Under the pieces are notes generated by a model that did not search any database, was not told the DNA's origin, and worked only from the letters and a program-made list of their open reading frames with translations. Source: Leptospira sp. (GTDB lineage: Bacteria > Spirochaetota > Leptospiria > Leptospirales > Leptospiraceae). From it: a DNA stretch of 64,000 nt. Below, one piece after another: positions 61,058 to 64,000 of the stretch. The stretch spans positions 32,001-96,000 of the forward strand of contig JAWXAQ010000007.1 of NCBI GenBank assembly GCA_034439575.1, given 5' to 3'. Within the stretch, counting starts at the first letter, position 1. Every line of letters starts with the position of its first letter. Position numbers and translations under genes: made by a program.

Positions 61058-62350
61058 TTACAGTGATTCAACGGCTATTATTTCTGTTTGTTTACTTTTT
61101 CCTCTGAGGGAATGGTTTCCTAAGGGAATAAATTTCGCATTTATGCTGTTCAATTCTGGGATTTGGTTTAATAGTTCCCTTGAGACCAAAAAGGAGCGTT
61201 TCACTTCTTTGCCCAAAGCTTCCAATCGACTAGCAACATTTACCGTATCACCTATCACAGTATATTCGAGTCTCATAGCTATGCCGACATTGCCGACAAT
61301 CGCCGGTCCATAGTGAATACCTATACGAATAGAAATTGGTTTCAGATTTGACTCTATCCTTTTTATATTCCATTCATTTAACTTTGATTTCATGCCAAGG
61401 CCTGCCAGAATAGCATTTTTAGCATCATCTTTTGTAGAAGTTGGCGTTCCAAAAGTAATAAGCATTCCATCGCCAATAAATTTATCTAAGGTGCCTCGAT
61501 TTTTAAATATCTCATCCAACATCAAAGTATGATATTCGGAAAGTGTCTTAATCGTTTCCTCTGGGCCTATGGATTCGGAAAGTTGTGTAAATCCTTCAAT
61601 ATCACAAAATAAGACTGCTACGTTTTGTTCTTTCCCCCCAGGGGTAAAAAAACTTTCATCAGCAGAACTAATTTCATCAACGACATTAGGCGAAAAATAA
61701 CGGGAAAGTTGGCTTGATTTTAATTCGTTGGCCACGGCAGAAAAAAGCGTAGTGCGAACAAGATAAGTTAAGTATGCCAGAAAAAAACCAAGGATTCCAA
61801 CAATCGCCATACCCAATATATAACTATTTACATGTGCTGAATTTCCGAGCAAAGCTTCCTTAAAACTCTCTGTACTCTGAAATCTAGGATCGGCTTGGGC
61901 ATAAAACAAAATGAAACCCTGTCCGATTACAACCCCTAATGCATATAACAACGGATAAATAGGTTGAATTGTAAAAGCACTCATTGGCAAAATCTCATAT
62001 ATAAAAGTATGGGTATATGTTTTAACGAGATATGTCCGTGGAACCGTATCACCGCCGACAGAATTGTACCAAATAAAAGGTAAAATTGTAATAATGGCAA
62101 TGTCGATCAAAACACATAAAATTCCAATGGGCATAACAAACTTTTGTTTACGCAATATTTTCAATAAAATATACAAAACAAGAATAGACGTTACATTGAG
62201 AATTGTTACCCATACAATTTCGTTTAATGAATTTGCAATGAAGAAAGTTAGTATTGTGGAAAGGCTAGCCACAAATATCTTCCCATAAAGACTAATTGTG
62301 ATTCCTTGAACTTCTTTCTCTCTGAGTATAAGCTCTGTTTTGCTAGCCAT
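61058..62350 (-). CDS. Membrane-bound class III adenylate cyclase
   Basis: About 6 TM helices; LFCDIEGFT, LDKFIGDG, RIGIH.G, YTVIGDTVNVASRLE (Lys/Thr adenine specificity). Confidence 0.92.
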   Translation of the reverse strand: MASKTELILREKEVQGITISLYGKIFVASLSTILTFFIANSLNEIVWVTILNVTSILVLYILLKILRKQKFVMPIGILCVLIDIAIITILPFIWYNSVGGDTVPRTYLVKTYTHTFIYEILPMSAFTIQPIYPLLYALGVVIGQGFILFYAQADPRFQSTESFKEALLGNSAHVNSYILGMAIVGILGFFLAYLTYLVRTTLFSAVANELKSSQLSRYFSPNVVDEISSADESFFTPGGKEQNVAVLFCDIEGFTQLSESIGPEETIKTLSEYHTLMLDEIFKNRGTLDKFIGDGMLITFGTPTSTKDDAKNAILAGLGMKSKLNEWNIKRIESNLKPISIRIGIHYGPAIVGNVGIAMRLEYTVIGDTVNVASRLEALGKEVKRSFLVSRELLNQIPELNSINAKFIPLGNHSLRGKSKQTEIIAVESL

Positions 62351-62355
62351 AATAT

Positions 62356-64000
62356 TTATTTTAACAGATCACCAGGATTAGCGTCTCTATCAGGAACAAA
62401 CAATGACAAGGTGCTATCTTTTCCAGAAGCCAATAACATAGCTTCTGAAAGACCGAATTTCATTTGTCTGGGTTTTAAATTTGCCACTACGACTACTTTC
62501 TTTCCGAGTAAGTCTTCTGGTGAATAAGCTGATTTGATGCCAGCAAATACATTTTTTATACCAATGGCACCTAGATCGACCTTAACGTTTAAAAGTTTAT
62601 CTGCACCTTCTACATGATTCGCTTCTTTAATCAATCCAACTCGCAATTCGACTTTTGCTAAATCGTCGATAGTAATCGTACCTGATTCTGAAATTTCTTT
62701 TACTTCCACTTTAGCTGTTTCCATTTGATTTTTTTCGAAGGCCTCTTTGGTATCTTGGATCATAGTCGCGATATTTTTTTCATCCACCCGTTTAGACAAC
62801 ATTTCGTAATTTGATAGTGAAATTTCTTCTATAGAAGTATCAATATTTGAAAAATCTAATTTGTCCAAATTGTATAATTTTCTAATTTGTTCGCTGATGC
62901 CAGGTGTAACAGGCGCTAAGTAAGTGAATAGAACTTTAGCACAATTGCTTGAAACGGTAACCACTTCTCTTGCTTTTTCAGGGTCAGTTTTAATGAGATT
63001 CCAAGGCGCATAATCATTCACATATTTATTGACCTTGTCACCAAGAGATGTAATTTCCCTCATCACTTTTGAATAATTTCTAGATTGATAAGCATCTGCG
63101 ATTTCTTGTTTTTTGGAAAGCAATTCACCAACCATGATTTTACCTTCGGATGAAAGTTTACCCAGTTTGCGATCTAACTTATCTAATATAGACGTAGACA
63201 CTCTTGAAACCAAATTTACTAAATTTCCAATTAAATCAGAATTTACCCTAGAAACAAAATCATCAAAAGAAATATCCACATCTTCCATACCAGAACCAAG
63301 TCGGCAGGCCAAATAAAATCTGAAATGTTCAGGATCCAGATATCGAATAAAGGTCGATGCATTAATGAATGTTCCACGAGACTTTGACATTTTTTCGCCA
63401 TTCACAGTTAAAAATCCGTGAACATTTAATTGGTCAGGAGTTTTATATCCCGAGCCCATTAACATAGCTGGCCAAAATAATCCATGAAAATATAAAATAT
63501 CTTTGCCTATGAAATGAACAATTTCCGACTTTCCATCTTTCCAATATTCATTAAATATTTTTTCATCTTTAAAAAAATTCATAGAAGAGGCCATATAACC
63601 AACAGGAGCATCTAGCCAAACATAAAAATATTTATTTTCTTCACCTGGTATCGCAAAACCAAAGTAAGGTCCATCACGACTAATATCCCATTCTTGTAAT
63701 CCTGAGTGAAACCATTCTTGTAATTTTTTTTGTGCTCCCTCGTTTAACCTTTCACCCACTTCCATCCATTCTTTCAGTTTGGATTGAAAATCTTGTAATT
63801 TAAAAAACAAATGTTTTGATTCTTTGAGAACTGGTTTATTATTACAAATTGAACAATAAGAATCTTTGAGGTCTTTGGGAGAATAACTAGTGCCACAAAC
63901 TTCACAAGAATCACCATACTGATCTTTTGCGCTACACTTCGGACATGTCCCTTTAATAAACCGATCGGGCAAAAACATTTTGTCATGTTCGCAATATGAT
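62356..64000 (-). CDS. metG: Methionine--tRNA ligase (5'-truncated by the window)
   Basis: Zn knuckles, WDISRD.PYFG, YVWLDAP, GKDI.YFH, KMSKS, C-terminal tRNA-binding domain (VANLKPR.MKFG.SE.M); frame open to the window edge. Confidence 0.98.
   Translation of the reverse strand, partial: SYCEHDKMFLPDRFIKGTCPKCSAKDQYGDSCEVCGTSYSPKDLKDSYCSICNNKPVLKESKHLFFKLQDFQSKLKEWMEVGERLNEGAQKKLQEWFHSGLQEWDISRDGPYFGFAIPGEENKYFYVWLDAPVGYMASSMNFFKDEKIFNEYWKDGKSEIVHFIGKDILYFHGLFWPAMLMGSGYKTPDQLNVHGFLTVNGEKMSKSRGTFINASTFIRYLDPEHFRFYLACRLGSGMEDVDISFDDFVSRVNSDLIGNLVNLVSRVSTSILDKLDRKLGKLSSEGKIMVGELLSKKQEIADAYQSRNYSKVMREITSLGDKVNKYVNDYAPWNLIKTDPEKAREVVTVSSNCAKVLFTYLAPVTPGISEQIRKLYNLDKLDFSNIDTSIEEISLSNYEMLSKRVDEKNIATMIQDTKEAFEKNQMETAKVEVKEISESGTITIDDLAKVELRVGLIKEANHVEGADKLLNVKVDLGAIGIKNVFAGIKSAYSPEDLLGKKVVVVANLKPRQMKFGLSEAMLLASGKDSTLSLFVPDRDANPGDLLK

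Noticed and set aside
197-63986. Dozens of 60-112 aa ORFs in the six-frame track lying inside or antisense to long genes (e.g. 4640-4924, 17324-17650, 38056-38367, 51774-52112)
   Set aside because: Fully overlapped by well-supported CDS and lacking motifs; expected shadow ORFs.
1-64000. tRNA, rRNA, CRISPR arrays, IS elements, riboswitches
   Set aside because: Intergenic gaps are short (mostly under 200 nt) and none showed such signatures by eye. metF has only 12 nt upstream, leaving no room for a SAM riboswitch. A covariance-model scan was not run.

Overview
AT-rich, gene-dense bacterial chromosomal window. The gene content (SpoIIE/STAS partner-switch proteins, OmpL37-like protein, spirochaete-style lipoproteins, thyX, birA-coaX) most resembles Leptospira; this assignment is an inference. 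It holds about 63 CDS, truncated at both edges (a SpoIIE-HAMP-TPR gene on the left, metG on the right). Housekeeping genes: dcd, suhB, coaX, birA, metF, prfA, thyX, hisI, metG. Signalling genes: a soluble CZB chemoreceptor, a CheY-CheC-hybrid kinase cassette, two PP2C phosphatases, a STAS protein and an adenylate cyclase. There is also an Rmd-like/3xGT4 glycan locus. I saw no tRNA, rRNA, CRISPR array, IS or prophage. Most notable observations: (1) an operon with a large, divergent S-adenosylhomocysteine-hydrolase-like protein, an atypical MDR dehydrogenase, a Nudix hydrolase and a Cys-less nitrilase-fold protein; (2) a secreted FecR-domain protein with a CxxCH motif, coupled to a porin-like protein and a CcdA/DsbD-thioredoxin; (3) a propeptide-less kexin-like lipoprotein protease followed by a stand-alone propeptide-like gene; (4) a HisI whose catalytic motifs are split between two tandem half-domains; (5) a catalytically degenerate tyrosine recombinase. 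All motif comparisons were made by eye from recalled family consensus; no database searches were run.
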